Shown in pieces: positions 18,677-29,085 of a stretch of 64,000 nucleotides of DNA. The translations under genes were made by a program, and so were the position numbers. How positions within the stretch are numbered: position 1 is the stretch's first letter; each line of letters begins with the position of its first letter. Origin of the DNA: Ignavibacteria bacterium (lineage in GTDB: Bacteria; Bacteroidota; Ignavibacteria; Kapaibacteriales; Kapaibacteriaceae); contig JBEIIK010000002.1 of assembly GCA_040380835.1 (NCBI GenBank), positions 1,570-65,569 on the forward strand, read 5' to 3'. The notes beneath the pieces are model-generated. The model was given only the letters and a program-made list of their open reading frames with translations. It was not told the DNA's origin and searched no databases.

Positions 18677-19983
18677 GATGTTACCAAATGCAGAATGTAT
18701 GCCAGTTGATGAGCCGCCGCACTCCGTTCATACCTCTGAATCACGTCGTGCCGGGCCTGCAGGATCTCTTCGCCCCCTTGCCAGCGCGTAAAGAACGTTT
18801 CAATGATCGACGCGACCCCCTCCGTGTCATCCTGTGGCGCGCTGAGTCCTGCCTGGGTTTCGTCCAGAAGACGCGCAATGGCGCTTCCTCGTGGAGCCAC
18901 GGCGATCACCGGACGTCCGACGCCCAGATACTCATATACCTTTCCGGGAACGATCTCGGCGCTTTCCTTGGCATCATCGACGATCAGCAGCGAGGCTTCA
19001 CTGCGCATAAGATACCCAACGCTTTCTCCATGCGGTACATAGGCGATGCGTTCGATCGACGGGGCAAACGCGGACGCGTCCAGCATGGCGTGCACTTCGT
19101 CACCAAAGCGACCCACGAACCTCAGGTGCACCTGATCCGGCCGGATGCGTCCGCGCTGGTGCAGCAGATCCAACGCCTTCAGCACGGCAAGGGGTGTACG
19201 CCGACCATACATCGAGCCCGTGTAGGTGATGGTGAACTTCTCGTTGCGCAGGTAGGAAACGTTCGGAAAGTCCGAGGCATCAAACCCGTTGGGAACATGG
19301 TGAAACTTGGAAGGGGGCAGATGCGGATACTTCCGGATGGCATTGTCGGCGATGCCTGTCCAGGCGCATTCAATCGCATCGGCCTCTTCGAAAACAGAAC
19401 GCTCGAGCGAGCGGTCAATGGCCGCCGGCAGAAACCACCGATCGGGAGTGGTCAGAAACTGCGTCCACGGATCACGAAACCCTGCCACCCACGGCAGCCC
19501 TGTACGACGCTTCAGGGCCCTGGCAATGAGGGCACAGGTGTAGGGAGGTGATGAGCTGTAGATCGCTTCGATACCTTGCTCGCGAATAATGGCTTCGCCC
19601 CTTTTGACGGCTGTGAGCAGCCAGCCAACACGGGCATCGGGAATGAAGAACGTGGCCCGGATAAACTCTGCGATGCGCTCCTTCCATCCGGTGCGCTGCG
19701 AGTCGGCCTTGTTCACATTGACGTCGATGGTAGCCCCTTTGCCGCCCATGAAGCGTCGGTAGATGTCATAGGGCTCAAGGATCGGAACACGAACAACCGA
19801 AACGTCGGACGGGATCTTGGCAACGAGTGATTCATCCCGTGCCGGGAAGTCTCCGTTCTCCACTGTGAGCACCACCGGTTGCCAGCCAGCCTGACGCAGA
19901 TACGTCACGTGCTTGAGGACGCGCTGAACGCCGGGACCTCCGCCGGGCGGGAAGTGGTAGGCAACGACCAGAACCTTTTTCAT
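18673..19983 (-). CDS. Glycosyltransferase family 4.
   Basis: 'MKKVLVVAYHFPPGGGPGVQRV' N-terminus and a C-terminal GT-B donor-binding domain. Confidence 0.75.
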   Translation of the reverse strand: MKKVLVVAYHFPPGGGPGVQRVLKHVTYLRQAGWQPVVLTVENGDFPARDESLVAKIPSDVSVVRVPILEPYDIYRRFMGGKGATIDVNVNKADSQRTGWKERIAEFIRATFFIPDARVGWLLTAVKRGEAIIREQGIEAIYSSSPPYTCALIARALKRRTGLPWVAGFRDPWTQFLTTPDRWFLPAAIDRSLERSVFEEADAIECAWTGIADNAIRKYPHLPPSKFHHVPNGFDASDFPNVSYLRNEKFTITYTGSMYGRRTPLAVLKALDLLHQRGRIRPDQVHLRFVGRFGDEVHAMLDASAFAPSIERIAYVPHGESVGYLMRSEASLLIVDDAKESAEIVPGKVYEYLGVGRPVIAVAPRGSAIARLLDETQAGLSAPQDDTEGVASIIETFFTRWQGGEEILQARHDVIQRYERSAAAHQLAYILHLVTS

Positions 19984-20801
19984 CGTAGCAGACGCAGAAT
20001 GAAGGCAACTTCCATCGCAAGGTCTTTCACCAGGGGAAGCCCCTTCAGGGGGCTGACCTCGAAGCTCGGGATCGGGAGCTGATACTTCCAGCGAAACACC
20101 GGACGCAGGGCAAAGTACCGCTGGCTGACGATGTCGAGTCCTGCGCGCTTACTGGCGTCTGCGACCTTGGATGCCGAACACCGGATGCGGTGCAGACGCT
20201 CGAGTTCTTCCTGATTGGCCGGGTCGCCGCCACGGATGATACTGCGAAAAAGCTTCCATGGCAGCAGATGAACAAACGGGATCGACCCCAGCTTCGTACC
20301 GAGCAACTGCTGATGTCCGCCGAAGGGTGACGTATACGGCGGAAACGTGACCACCACCACGCCACCGGGCTTGAGCAGCCGGGCAATATTCTTTAAAGCC
20401 ACACCGGCATCATCGAGATGTTCTATGACGTCGCGTAGTAACACCACATCGAATGCCCCCTTCCACTCATCCGGGATATCATCATAGATCACGTCGTGCT
20501 GAGTGAAGGTGATCACATATCCCAGACCCGACCAGATGGGCTGGCTGATCATGCGAAGAAGAGGCTCCTGGATATCCGTTCCGAGAGCCTTGGTTGCGCC
20601 ACGGTCGACGTAAGCGGCAAGAACGCCCCCTTCGGCGCAACCGATCTCACAGACGGCGGCATGGTCCGGCAACACACCCAGGGATTCCATCCACGGAATG
20701 AGCGTATGCTCAGCAAGCATGTACTGCATCCGGATGTTGCGGATCGTTCTTGGATGCAAGTCCATTGCCGAGACGGCACTGACGGGGTCGGGGCGATTCA
20801 T
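19980..20801 (-). CDS. Class I SAM-dependent methyltransferase.
   Basis: Motif I 'VCEIGCAEGG', 'LLKPGGVVVV'. Start trimmed to avoid overlapping the divergent GT2 start. Confidence 0.7.
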   Translation of the reverse strand: MNRPDPVSAVSAMDLHPRTIRNIRMQYMLAEHTLIPWMESLGVLPDHAAVCEIGCAEGGVLAAYVDRGATKALGTDIQEPLLRMISQPIWSGLGYVITFTQHDVIYDDIPDEWKGAFDVVLLRDVIEHLDDAGVALKNIARLLKPGGVVVVTFPPYTSPFGGHQQLLGTKLGSIPFVHLLPWKLFRSIIRGGDPANQEELERLHRIRCSASKVADASKRAGLDIVSQRYFALRPVFRWKYQLPIPSFEVSPLKGLPLVKDLAMEVAFILRLLR

Positions 20802-20836
20802 CACCGCCAAAAATAGCACGGGCGCGGCCCGTATCT

Positions 20837-21850
20837 TTGCCGCCATCCATGAAGTATTCCATCATTGTTGCCGTCTTCAACCGTCCTGATGAGCTGGGCG
20901 AGTTGCTTGAGAGTCTGACGCATCAGACGTTTCGTGACTTTGAAGTGGTGATTGTCGAGGACGGCTCGTCGATAAGCTCCAAGTCCGTCTGCGAGGCCTA
21001 TGCTCCGCGGTTGAAGCTCTCCTACTATGCCAAGCCGAACTCAGGCCCGGGGCCGTCCCGTAACTATGGTTGCCGACGCGCCGCCGGAGACTACTTCATC
21101 TTCCTCGATTCCGACTGCACCGTTCCTCCCGGGTACATGCAGGCTATCGACATGGCGGTGGTGGACCAGACGCTTGATGCATTTGGCGGACCCGACCGTG
21201 AGCACGAGTCCTTCACACCAACGCAGAAGGCCATCAGCTATTCGATGACGTCGCTCTTAACCACCGGAGGCATTCGCGGTTCGAAGGTTCGCGTTGGCGG
21301 GGCGTTCCATCCACGATCCTTCAACATGGGTATCTCGCGCGCCGTCTTCAACGACACCGAAGGGTTCTCCGGAATGCGGTTTGGGGAAGACGTCGAGTTC
21401 AGCATCCGTATGATGGGAAGGGGCTATCGCGTTGCCCTAATTCCTGATGCATGGGTGTATCACAAGCGCCGCACGGATCTGAAGAAGTTTTTCAAGCAGG
21501 TCCACAACAGCGGTATCGCTCGCATCAACATTACACTGCGTCATCCAAGTACACTCAAACTGACGCATTTCTTCCCCGCTGCGTTCACGACCTATCTCGT
21601 GTTTGCTCTTGCAGCAGCGATCACTCAGCCCCTTGGTCAGACAGCGTTGATACTACCGGCAGTCTATGCCGCGCTGCTCTTCATCGAGGGCAGCGTCAAG
21701 TTTCGCAATCCGATCCTCGGAATACGCTGCGTGGCTGCGGCATTGGTGCAACTGGTAGGGTACGGAACAGGCTTTATCCGCGGCATTATCTGGCGGATCA
21801 TCCTTGACAAGCCCGAGCAGGGGGCGTTCGAGAAGTCCTTCTACTCGTGA
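20837..21850 (+). CDS. Glycosyltransferase family 2.
   Basis: 'YSIIVAVFNRPDEL...EVVIVEDGSS', DxD 'FLDSDC'. C-terminal TM helices. Confidence 0.8.
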   Translation: MPPSMKYSIIVAVFNRPDELGELLESLTHQTFRDFEVVIVEDGSSISSKSVCEAYAPRLKLSYYAKPNSGPGPSRNYGCRRAAGDYFIFLDSDCTVPPGYMQAIDMAVVDQTLDAFGGPDREHESFTPTQKAISYSMTSLLTTGGIRGSKVRVGGAFHPRSFNMGISRAVFNDTEGFSGMRFGEDVEFSIRMMGRGYRVALIPDAWVYHKRRTDLKKFFKQVHNSGIARINITLRHPSTLKLTHFFPAAFTTYLVFALAAAITQPLGQTALILPAVYAALLFIEGSVKFRNPILGIRCVAAALVQLVGYGTGFIRGIIWRIILDKPEQGAFEKSFYS

Positions 21851-21871
21851 TGTAGCAGCCGTGCGGCAGGG

Positions 21872-22630
21872 CTACAGGCGCACCTGGATCATGAACGAAA
21901 AGTTCAAGTGATAGAGCAGTCCTTCGCCGGATTCGTTAAGGGGTCTGGCTGTTAACAATTCGCCCCTACCCTGCTGCCACGTAGGGCGATCATCTCGTCC
22001 GACGAGATTCATGATGCCGTATCCGACACTCGTGTTGAGAAAGACGGGATAGTAGATTTCGCCCTCAATACCCAGGCGGGCCATGGCTCCCATGCGAAAC
22101 GCCGATGGTTTTCCGTTGTACTCATATTCCGTTACGTTCGCGGTACCATCGACAACCGTCACACCTCGCGAGGTGATCGTATTCTCGCCGATAAATAGAA
22201 ACCGCGCTTCAGCACCCACGTAGGCACGTGCATATGCGAGAGGAAACTCGATGAACGACCATTCAAAACCGGTGAACGTCGAGATCAGATTTGAGGCATG
22301 ATCGACGCGGAAGTTGTACCCGAGACCATTGATCGTCTGAGTGCCACGGTACATGAAGAGATCCACACCCACCGGAATCCGAAAGGTCTTCTGCTTGTCG
22401 AGATCGATGTATCCGCGAAGACCCCATCCGACCTGTGCTCCGTCAAACGCTCCACCGTAGGGTCGGTTTGGCTTTGACGTATCGCCCGAAAGCTGGTAGA
22501 CTGCGGGATTATCGTTGGTGATCCAGTCCGTGGACAGTCCACTAGCCACACGAAATCGGATCTGACCATGACTATGCACGGCCGCAAGCAGCAGGAACAG
22601 ATACAGAAAGCAAAGTTTCAAGTTCTTCAT
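21872..22630 (-). CDS. Outer-membrane beta-barrel-like hypothetical protein.
   Basis: Signal peptide '...AAVHSHG|QIRF' (Gln +1). Alternating amphipathic strands. Ends in aromatic 'IQVRL'. Confidence 0.45.
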   Translation of the reverse strand: MKNLKLCFLYLFLLLAAVHSHGQIRFRVASGLSTDWITNDNPAVYQLSGDTSKPNRPYGGAFDGAQVGWGLRGYIDLDKQKTFRIPVGVDLFMYRGTQTINGLGYNFRVDHASNLISTFTGFEWSFIEFPLAYARAYVGAEARFLFIGENTITSRGVTVVDGTANVTEYEYNGKPSAFRMGAMARLGIEGEIYYPVFLNTSVGYGIMNLVGRDDRPTWQQGRGELLTARPLNESGEGLLYHLNFSFMIQVRL

Positions 22631-22682
22631 GCTCCGTTTCACTCGTGTTGTTGATGACAATAACATTGCGAGCCCGACAATG

Positions 22683-23882
22683 TTACGACAACCGTTCGCG
22701 AATACTGAAACGCTGTTCGCTGAGGTTATTCTTTACGATGAGCTCGCCGATCAGACCGATGGAGATCAGCTGCACGCCAACGATGATCATCGCGATGCCA
22801 AAGAGCAGCGAATAGGGACGCTGACTAAGGGGCGTGCCACCCACCCATTTGTCGACTGCCAGATACAGATCTGTTGCAAAGCCGATAAGAGCAAAAAGGG
22901 AACCGAGAGCACCGAAGAAATGCAACGGACGCTTGACGTATCGCGTAGTGAACATCACCGTCAACAGGTCTAGGTACCCTTTTAGAAAGCGGCTGATACC
23001 GAACTTCGAAACGCCGAACTGACGAGCACGATGCTGGACCGGAACTTCTGTTACGCGGAATCCTTCCCAATGAGCCAGAGCAGGAATGTATCGGTGCATC
23101 TCACCGTACACCTGAACGGTCTTAACGACATCCGCGCGATAGGCCTTCAGACCACAGTTAAAGTCATGGAGCTTTAGTCCACTCATTCGCGACGTCACGG
23201 CATTGAAGAGCTTCGATGGAAACGTCTTGTGCCAGGGATCATACCGTTTGCGCTTCCAGCCTGAGACAAGGTCGTACCCTTCTTCAAGCTTGGCGATCAT
23301 ACCCGGAATCTCGCTCGGATCATCCTGAAGGTCAGCATCCATGGTGATGACGAAATCACCGGTCGCCTCGGTAAAACCCACCGCAAGCGCTGCAGACTTT
23401 CCGTGATTCGTTCTGAATCGAATCGCTTTGAACCGCGGGTTACCGGCGTTGATCTTCTGGATCACAGCAAAAGAAGAATCTGTTGAACCATCGTCGACGA
23501 AGATCACTTCATAGCGACCTTTGGCGATACGTTCAAGCACCACTTCAAGCTGCTGAGAGAGTTCAACCAGTGACTCCTCTTCATTCAGAAGTGGAATCAC
23601 CACTGATATAGATCCGGCGATCCTGTTCGTGGGTTGCCGCTGAAGATTGGGTCCTCGACGGTCAAACCTCCGCGGAGCGGCTTGTCTCCGCTGCTGCTGA
23701 CCCTGTTGAGCGGGTGATGAACCTTGTTGACGCTGAGGTTGCTGGCTTTGTTGCTGCCGTGGCTGCTGGGAGGATTGCTGCTGACGAGGTTGCTGAGGCT
23801 GCTGTGGACGCTGAGGCTGCTGCTGTGATTGCTGTTCCTGCTGGCGTTGCTGCTGTTGCGGGCGTTCTTGCTGATCGCTCAT
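22683..23882 (-). CDS. GT2 polyprenol-phosphate glycosyltransferase (DPM1/GtrB/ArnC-like) with an approximately 85-aa Gln/Pro-rich N-terminal low-complexity tail.
   Basis: GT-A core 'ISVVIPLLNEE...EVIFVDDGSTDSS', DAD 'ITMDADLQDDP', two C-terminal TM helices. The N-terminus 'MSDQQERPQQQQRQQEQQSQQQPQRPQQ...' is encoded by an imperfect CAG/CTG-rich stretch (about 23640-23880). Confidence 0.75.
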   Translation of the reverse strand: MSDQQERPQQQQRQQEQQSQQQPQRPQQPQQPRQQQSSQQPRQQQSQQPQRQQGSSPAQQGQQQRRQAAPRRFDRRGPNLQRQPTNRIAGSISVVIPLLNEEESLVELSQQLEVVLERIAKGRYEVIFVDDGSTDSSFAVIQKINAGNPRFKAIRFRTNHGKSAALAVGFTEATGDFVITMDADLQDDPSEIPGMIAKLEEGYDLVSGWKRKRYDPWHKTFPSKLFNAVTSRMSGLKLHDFNCGLKAYRADVVKTVQVYGEMHRYIPALAHWEGFRVTEVPVQHRARQFGVSKFGISRFLKGYLDLLTVMFTTRYVKRPLHFFGALGSLFALIGFATDLYLAVDKWVGGTPLSQRPYSLLFGIAMIIVGVQLISIGLIGELIVKNNLSEQRFSIRERLS

Positions 23883-23905
23883 TTTGACCTTTCTCGTTGG
23901 TCGGC

Positions 23906-24706
23906 CTAGCGCCGGACGATCATCGATGTACGTACAATTCCAGATGGTGCAACAACCCTCGTTGCATAAACACCAACCTCGAGCTCCGTAAGATCGATAA
24001 CGGAATCTTCACTCACAGCGTTGATCGTTTTGCGGACCTGTCCTGTTGCATCGATGATTTCGACGCGGGATTCGTTAAGAACTCCTCTTAAGCGTAGTAA
24101 TCCATCACTGGGTTGTGGATATGGAAACACGCTGCCGACTGGTCGTTGGTCAGGCACAGAGGTCACAAGACCGTTATACCAGACTAGGACCTTAAGTTTC
24201 GTGATCGCTGAATTAGACGTGGAATATGATTTACCAGGCTCCAGCTTCTGCTTGATGAAGTTATCAGGAAACTCCGTGATAACGTCGGTAATGTATGCGC
24301 TATCAATCGACGGGTGCAGTGAGCCCCATTCGATGTCTAGGCGTCCTCCATTCCACGTGATCCCGAGATCGTAAACAACAAGTGATGGTTTACCCTCTTC
24401 TAAGAATCGAACATCTCGAGGACTTATCCACTTGTAGTCGGCAGTAGGGGGAACGGAATACACGATAAACACGCCCGCAGGCGGTGGCAACGACGGTATC
24501 TCCTGTTCTCCGAGGGCCGTATCGATGTCGCTCGTTGCTTTGGGATGGGCTGCAACCGTGAATCCAAACGTTGCTGTCTGTGTAGGAAGGACGTTCTTGA
24601 ATGTGAGAGGAATGGCTACCTCCTGTGCAGTAACGGACGTAACTGCTAAGAATGTACCCACCAGCAGGGCAGCTATGCACATAATTCGTCTCCTTGGGGT
24701 GAACAA
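23906..24706 (-). CDS. T9SS cargo protein (signal peptide plus Por C-terminal domain).
   Basis: Signal peptide '...AVTSVTA|QEVAI'. C-terminal 'FPYPQPSDGLLRLRGVLNESRVEIIDATGQV...GVYATRVVAPSGIVRTSMIVRR'. Confidence 0.6.
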   Translation of the reverse strand: MFTPRRRIMCIAALLVGTFLAVTSVTAQEVAIPLTFKNVLPTQTATFGFTVAAHPKATSDIDTALGEQEIPSLPPPAGVFIVYSVPPTADYKWISPRDVRFLEEGKPSLVVYDLGITWNGGRLDIEWGSLHPSIDSAYITDVITEFPDNFIKQKLEPGKSYSTSNSAITKLKVLVWYNGLVTSVPDQRPVGSVFPYPQPSDGLLRLRGVLNESRVEIIDATGQVRKTINAVSEDSVIDLTELEVGVYATRVVAPSGIVRTSMIVRR

Positions 24707-24754
24707 AAAAGGGCAGCAGTTACCTGCTGCCCTTCATGATCAGTGCATCATTGG

Positions 24755-27700
24755 TTAGCGAACGACAGACACCGAGCTTGTGGTCGAGACACCATTTACT
24801 GTTGCCTTGACGATATACTGGCCCTGGCTCACAGCGGCAGCGTTGAATTCAACACCGTGCACTCCAGCTGTCATGAATTCACCGTTGAGAAGAGTTGCCA
24901 CAACCTGTCCGACTGCATCAAACACCGTGACCGTTACAATGCCGGCCTCAGGGACCGCGACGTTGACAGTGGCATTGCTGTTGATCGGATTCGGTGTAAC
25001 GCTGACGTTCAGAGCACCAGCAGCTGCCTCTTCGCCCATCAGGCGGATGTACGGGGTGCGTGCATCTGTAATAGTGATGACGTTTGGACGTCCTGCCACT
25101 GCCGTGCCGATGACGGCGCCGGAAATGGCATTTACCACTGTGTACGTCTTGTGGGGGTTGTTGATTGTTACCGAGACTGGGAACGTGACGCCCTGCAGCT
25201 GTACCGTTGGGTTGACATCTTCCTCAACACTTGTTTGAGAAGTAAAGCGGATATCGAAAATGTTCTGTGGTGGTACCGGTGGCAGTTCAAACATCATCTT
25301 GTTGTCAACAACGCCAGACGGTGCTACATAAACGCTAGCCTCGTTGTTAGCTGCATCTGCGATTGTTACGCGTGTTGAATTGGATTCCACAGCTTCGCGA
25401 ACAGCCATCGAGTTGATAGAGGCCTTTGCCGACGTTCCGAGCTTCAAGTATGCCTGACCTGAGAGCTTGATCCAGTAACCTAGCCCCGGCTCGATTTCCG
25501 TCACGGCTTGATATCCACGGTTTGTGACGTAACCATAAACGTCACCAACACGTGTTGGAAGTGCTCCAGTACCGTAAGGAATTACCGACAGGTTCTCAAT
25601 TGATGTTGGGTAAGACAACGAACCGATAGTATTCCACCCGTCAAAAAGGCGCGTTGGGAACGATGCATCGTCAATAAGGCGAATGCGTGAACCCGCGATC
25701 GTCTTATCAACATCATCAGAATACTTGACGAAGTATCCAACACCCGGGTTCAGGTTGGTCTCATTCGTCTGATAGGTATTCTGTGAAAAACGAACTGGAA
25801 TGTTCAGAGCGTTCTTGAAAATGTCCTTCCAGTAGCTCGATGATGGATTCACTGGCACGGAAAGGAGGTTCCAGCCCTTGTTGATGACAGGGAAGCGGGC
25901 AACTTTGGGCAGCGTGTATTCGATGACGAATGACTTGATGTCAGCATCACGAATGGTATAAGATTGACGTGCTCCGCCCAGAACCGTACCTGCACGCATG
26001 TTCACGTTGAAACGTGATCCATTCAGCGTGTCGCGAATGAAAAGTTCTGAACCTGGCGAGAATTCGTCGGTGTTCCAAGCAACAACGATCGGGTAGTTGC
26101 GGTCACCACCAGCGCTGAAGCGGCATGTGTAGATCAACGTTGTATCGCTGTAGATCGAACGTATGTCACGTGATGCACTCTTCGCACGCTGAGCTGTACC
26201 AGACCAAAGATCGCCGAGTCCGTTGGCGATCAGGAGGTTGCCCTGACGATCTTTTGGATAGAAGCGGGCACCGAACGAAGTTGGATTGAGGTCGGCTGAA
26301 TACACTGTTTCACCAAACAGTGTATCGCAACCATCAGTAGCACGGTTACCCACACCAAACGTCACGTATGTGATTTCGTTAGGCGTGTTGGAATTACGAA
26401 CCTGAAGTGTCATACCACGACCGAGGAACTCCTGTGAGCGCTTCCAGTTTTCGTTTTCATCAAAAACATTTGGCTCGTATGGAGTGCGGAAGTAGATAAA
26501 CGTAACCTTCAACCGCACAGGCGACACGTCGAGTGAAATCGACTTGAACGTCAGATAACCAACATACGTACCTGTGACTTCCTGAGCATCCCCATTCGGA
26601 AGTTCGTTTGGATCGCAGATGATACGCAGGTTAAGGTCACGTTGACCTGTAGTATTGTTACCCTGAGGATCGACACCCACCGTACTTCCAAGGATACCCT
26701 TATCCATGTACTGGATGTAACCTTCACGAATTGGATTCGGGAAAGGATTCAGTTCTGTCTGACCGCCACCGCCCTTGGTGAAGGACTTGAACTTGAGCCA
26801 CTTCGTGTCGGACTGCACCATGATGTCGTAGGCCCGGGAACCAGTGATCGCATTGATCACATCAACATCGCGAGTTCCGATACCATTGGCTTGGTCATCG
26901 TATGGTGTACCGTAATCGATAGTGATCGGATCGACGACATACCACTGTGAACCGGTCGAACCGTTCACGGAATCAGCAAGACGGAAAGCAGGGTTGGCAA
27001 CGTTTGTGAAAGAGAGGCGAGGAGCAACATCTGTTACTTCCAGCCAGATCATTCCTGGACGTGATGGACGCAATGGGTCGCGGATTTGTTCTTGACCAAG
27101 TGCGTCAATGAAATAGTTGTCAGTACCACCAAGTCCAGCGAACTGGCCTGGTGCAGGATCGCCTGGGAATGGAAGCTCTTTACCAACAGCAAAGTCGTTG
27201 TAGAAGAGTGTATCGTTCGTGATAATGATCGGTGTACGAGCACTCTCAGGAATCAGTGATGTGTTCGCGATAACCCGGAAACGGAGATACACGAGTTCAA
27301 CGTATGGACGCTGATCGCAAGGCTGCGTCACATCCCCTGTTTGGGGAAGGGGCTTTGGCGATGTTGCCGTGATCATCGCACGCTTTCCGCGACGACGATT
27401 CTGAACCGGAGCGTTAATTACGCTTTGATATGAGGTATCACGTGCAACGTCGAAATTAAACTCGAAATCACGTGCGAGACACGAAACCGGCGTCATCTGT
27501 GGTCCGCGTAGTGGGCCATTCTTTTCAATACCGATCATCTCAAGGGCGGTACTGTCATACTGCACCTTGAATTTGAAGCTGTAGATCGGGAAAGCCTTAA
27601 ATGTTGATGTGGTGCGCCAGCAGTTTTTGACGTAGACGGGAACGAGCAGTGTTCGTTCGCCATTGGGACCGCGGCTCGATGACCAGATCCGTCCGTCAGG

Positions 27701-27871
27701 GTAGATATTACGGTTCCAGCTTGCACCGTCACCAGTCAGCGTGAGCGTCGGCAACTCTGGCTTGTTTGTCTGTGCTTCAAGCACGACAGAGCCAAAGCCG
27801 ATCAATGCTGCTAGGAGGGCAATGACACCAAGCTTGGTGCCACTGCTCCAGAGAGCATAACGACGATTCAT
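24755..27871 (-). CDS. Large T9SS cargo protein (about 1,040 aa).
   Basis: Signal peptide '...VVLEA|QTNKP'. C-terminal 'PNPINSNATVNVAVPEAGIVTVTVFDAVGQVV...QGQYIVKATVNGVSTTSSVSVVR'. The start was moved to internal Met 'MNRRYALW', which removes a 40-bp overlap with the upstream gene. Confidence 0.65.
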   Translation of the reverse strand: MNRRYALWSSGTKLGVIALLAALIGFGSVVLEAQTNKPELPTLTLTGDGASWNRNIYPDGRIWSSSRGPNGERTLLVPVYVKNCWRTTSTFKAFPIYSFKFKVQYDSTALEMIGIEKNGPLRGPQMTPVSCLARDFEFNFDVARDTSYQSVINAPVQNRRRGKRAMITATSPKPLPQTGDVTQPCDQRPYVELVYLRFRVIANTSLIPESARTPIIITNDTLFYNDFAVGKELPFPGDPAPGQFAGLGGTDNYFIDALGQEQIRDPLRPSRPGMIWLEVTDVAPRLSFTNVANPAFRLADSVNGSTGSQWYVVDPITIDYGTPYDDQANGIGTRDVDVINAITGSRAYDIMVQSDTKWLKFKSFTKGGGGQTELNPFPNPIREGYIQYMDKGILGSTVGVDPQGNNTTGQRDLNLRIICDPNELPNGDAQEVTGTYVGYLTFKSISLDVSPVRLKVTFIYFRTPYEPNVFDENENWKRSQEFLGRGMTLQVRNSNTPNEITYVTFGVGNRATDGCDTLFGETVYSADLNPTSFGARFYPKDRQGNLLIANGLGDLWSGTAQRAKSASRDIRSIYSDTTLIYTCRFSAGGDRNYPIVVAWNTDEFSPGSELFIRDTLNGSRFNVNMRAGTVLGGARQSYTIRDADIKSFVIEYTLPKVARFPVINKGWNLLSVPVNPSSSYWKDIFKNALNIPVRFSQNTYQTNETNLNPGVGYFVKYSDDVDKTIAGSRIRLIDDASFPTRLFDGWNTIGSLSYPTSIENLSVIPYGTGALPTRVGDVYGYVTNRGYQAVTEIEPGLGYWIKLSGQAYLKLGTSAKASINSMAVREAVESNSTRVTIADAANNEASVYVAPSGVVDNKMMFELPPVPPQNIFDIRFTSQTSVEEDVNPTVQLQGVTFPVSVTINNPHKTYTVVNAISGAVIGTAVAGRPNVITITDARTPYIRLMGEEAAAGALNVSVTPNPINSNATVNVAVPEAGIVTVTVFDAVGQVVATLLNGEFMTAGVHGVEFNAAAVSQGQYIVKATVNGVSTTSSVSVVR

Positions 27872-27906
27872 AGTACACTCCTCAGATGAGTTGATCAGTT
27901 GATTTT

Positions 27907-29067
27907 TCATTTCACAATCGTTTTCACTGTTTGGTTGCTTCCACACAACATCCGCACAATGAAGATGCCGTTTGGAAGATTGTCAGACGATACCTCGACC
28001 GACGTTGATTTACTTTCAGATTCTTCTCGAAGACCTCTTCCTAATAGGTCGAAGACTTCAAGCCTCTTCATCCGCTCATGATCACACTTGCCAATAATCG
28101 TGCCATTTCTGACACTCACGGTACAATTGTGTTCATCAATAGATGAGGTGAGAGTACTTACAACCGGATCGATCTTTAACACTACTGTATCTGATAGTGC
28201 CGGCTTTACACAGGAACATGCACTCTGATCCTGCACTGTGCCGACAATCCGAGATTTAAAGGTTTCGACAAGGGCTCGGCGCTCTACCGTGACTTCAACC
28301 GTAGCTGGTTTATTCACCTCATCGACGGTAACAAACGTTCTTGTTGAAGATTCTGAAAATAGCAGCGAATCAACTGTGCAATTATTTGTGGCCTTGACCC
28401 CAGAGATCTGGTACCCATTAGTGTCTGATTGCGAAGTAGGTCGTAGCTCTAGAACCTTTTGCCTTTCGCCACCTTGGTAGGGATCTAACTCCACACGCAA
28501 TGTGAGCTTTTCAATAACAGGCGAGAATATCAGCGAATCTGTATCAAAATGACAACCTGCACCGGAAATCAGCTTCGGCTGTGCAATTGATTTGACCTCG
28601 TCAGCTACGTACACATCGACCTTCTTCTTGAACTCGCTGTTGAAGTCAGGTGGATACGGAACCGACAACAAACTGGACTCTTCACAGGACCCTGTAAAGT
28701 CACCTGCAATTGCCACCAGCGGAACAGAACCTGCAACTGAGCGGGCAACATTAAAGCCGAAGATTCTCAGTTCACCTGGAACAACAATGTTCATTGTCGG
28801 TCCATTGGACATTTGTCCCGAAAGAGTTCCCTCTTTCAGTACGTCCGTCGGCCTCAGGACGTTTCGATCATATCCGATTGTAATGTCAAAGGACTCCAGG
28901 CTATCAGAGAATCGCACAGTACCCAGGGATGCTGAGACCAGCCAACGCTTTGAGCCTGAACACACATCGATCGTCCGTAACGACTCAACTCGAAGTGTGT
29001 CTTGCGCCTTGACCGTGCTGATCGCCGTCATGACGACCAGCACGATCAATAACGCATGTGTTTTCAA
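27907..29067 (-). CDS. T9SS cargo protein.
   Basis: Signal peptide '...AISTVKA|QDTLRV'. C-terminal '...LEVFDLLGRGL...NGIFIVRMLCGSNQTVKTIVK'. Lowest GC of the cluster. Confidence 0.6.
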   Translation of the reverse strand: MKTHALLIVLVVMTAISTVKAQDTLRVESLRTIDVCSGSKRWLVSASLGTVRFSDSLESFDITIGYDRNVLRPTDVLKEGTLSGQMSNGPTMNIVVPGELRIFGFNVARSVAGSVPLVAIAGDFTGSCEESSLLSVPYPPDFNSEFKKKVDVYVADEVKSIAQPKLISGAGCHFDTDSLIFSPVIEKLTLRVELDPYQGGERQKVLELRPTSQSDTNGYQISGVKATNNCTVDSLLFSESSTRTFVTVDEVNKPATVEVTVERRALVETFKSRIVGTVQDQSACSCVKPALSDTVVLKIDPVVSTLTSSIDEHNCTVSVRNGTIIGKCDHERMKRLEVFDLLGRGLREESESKSTSVEVSSDNLPNGIFIVRMLCGSNQTVKTIVK

Positions 29068-29085
29068 GTAAACTGCAGACGAAGA

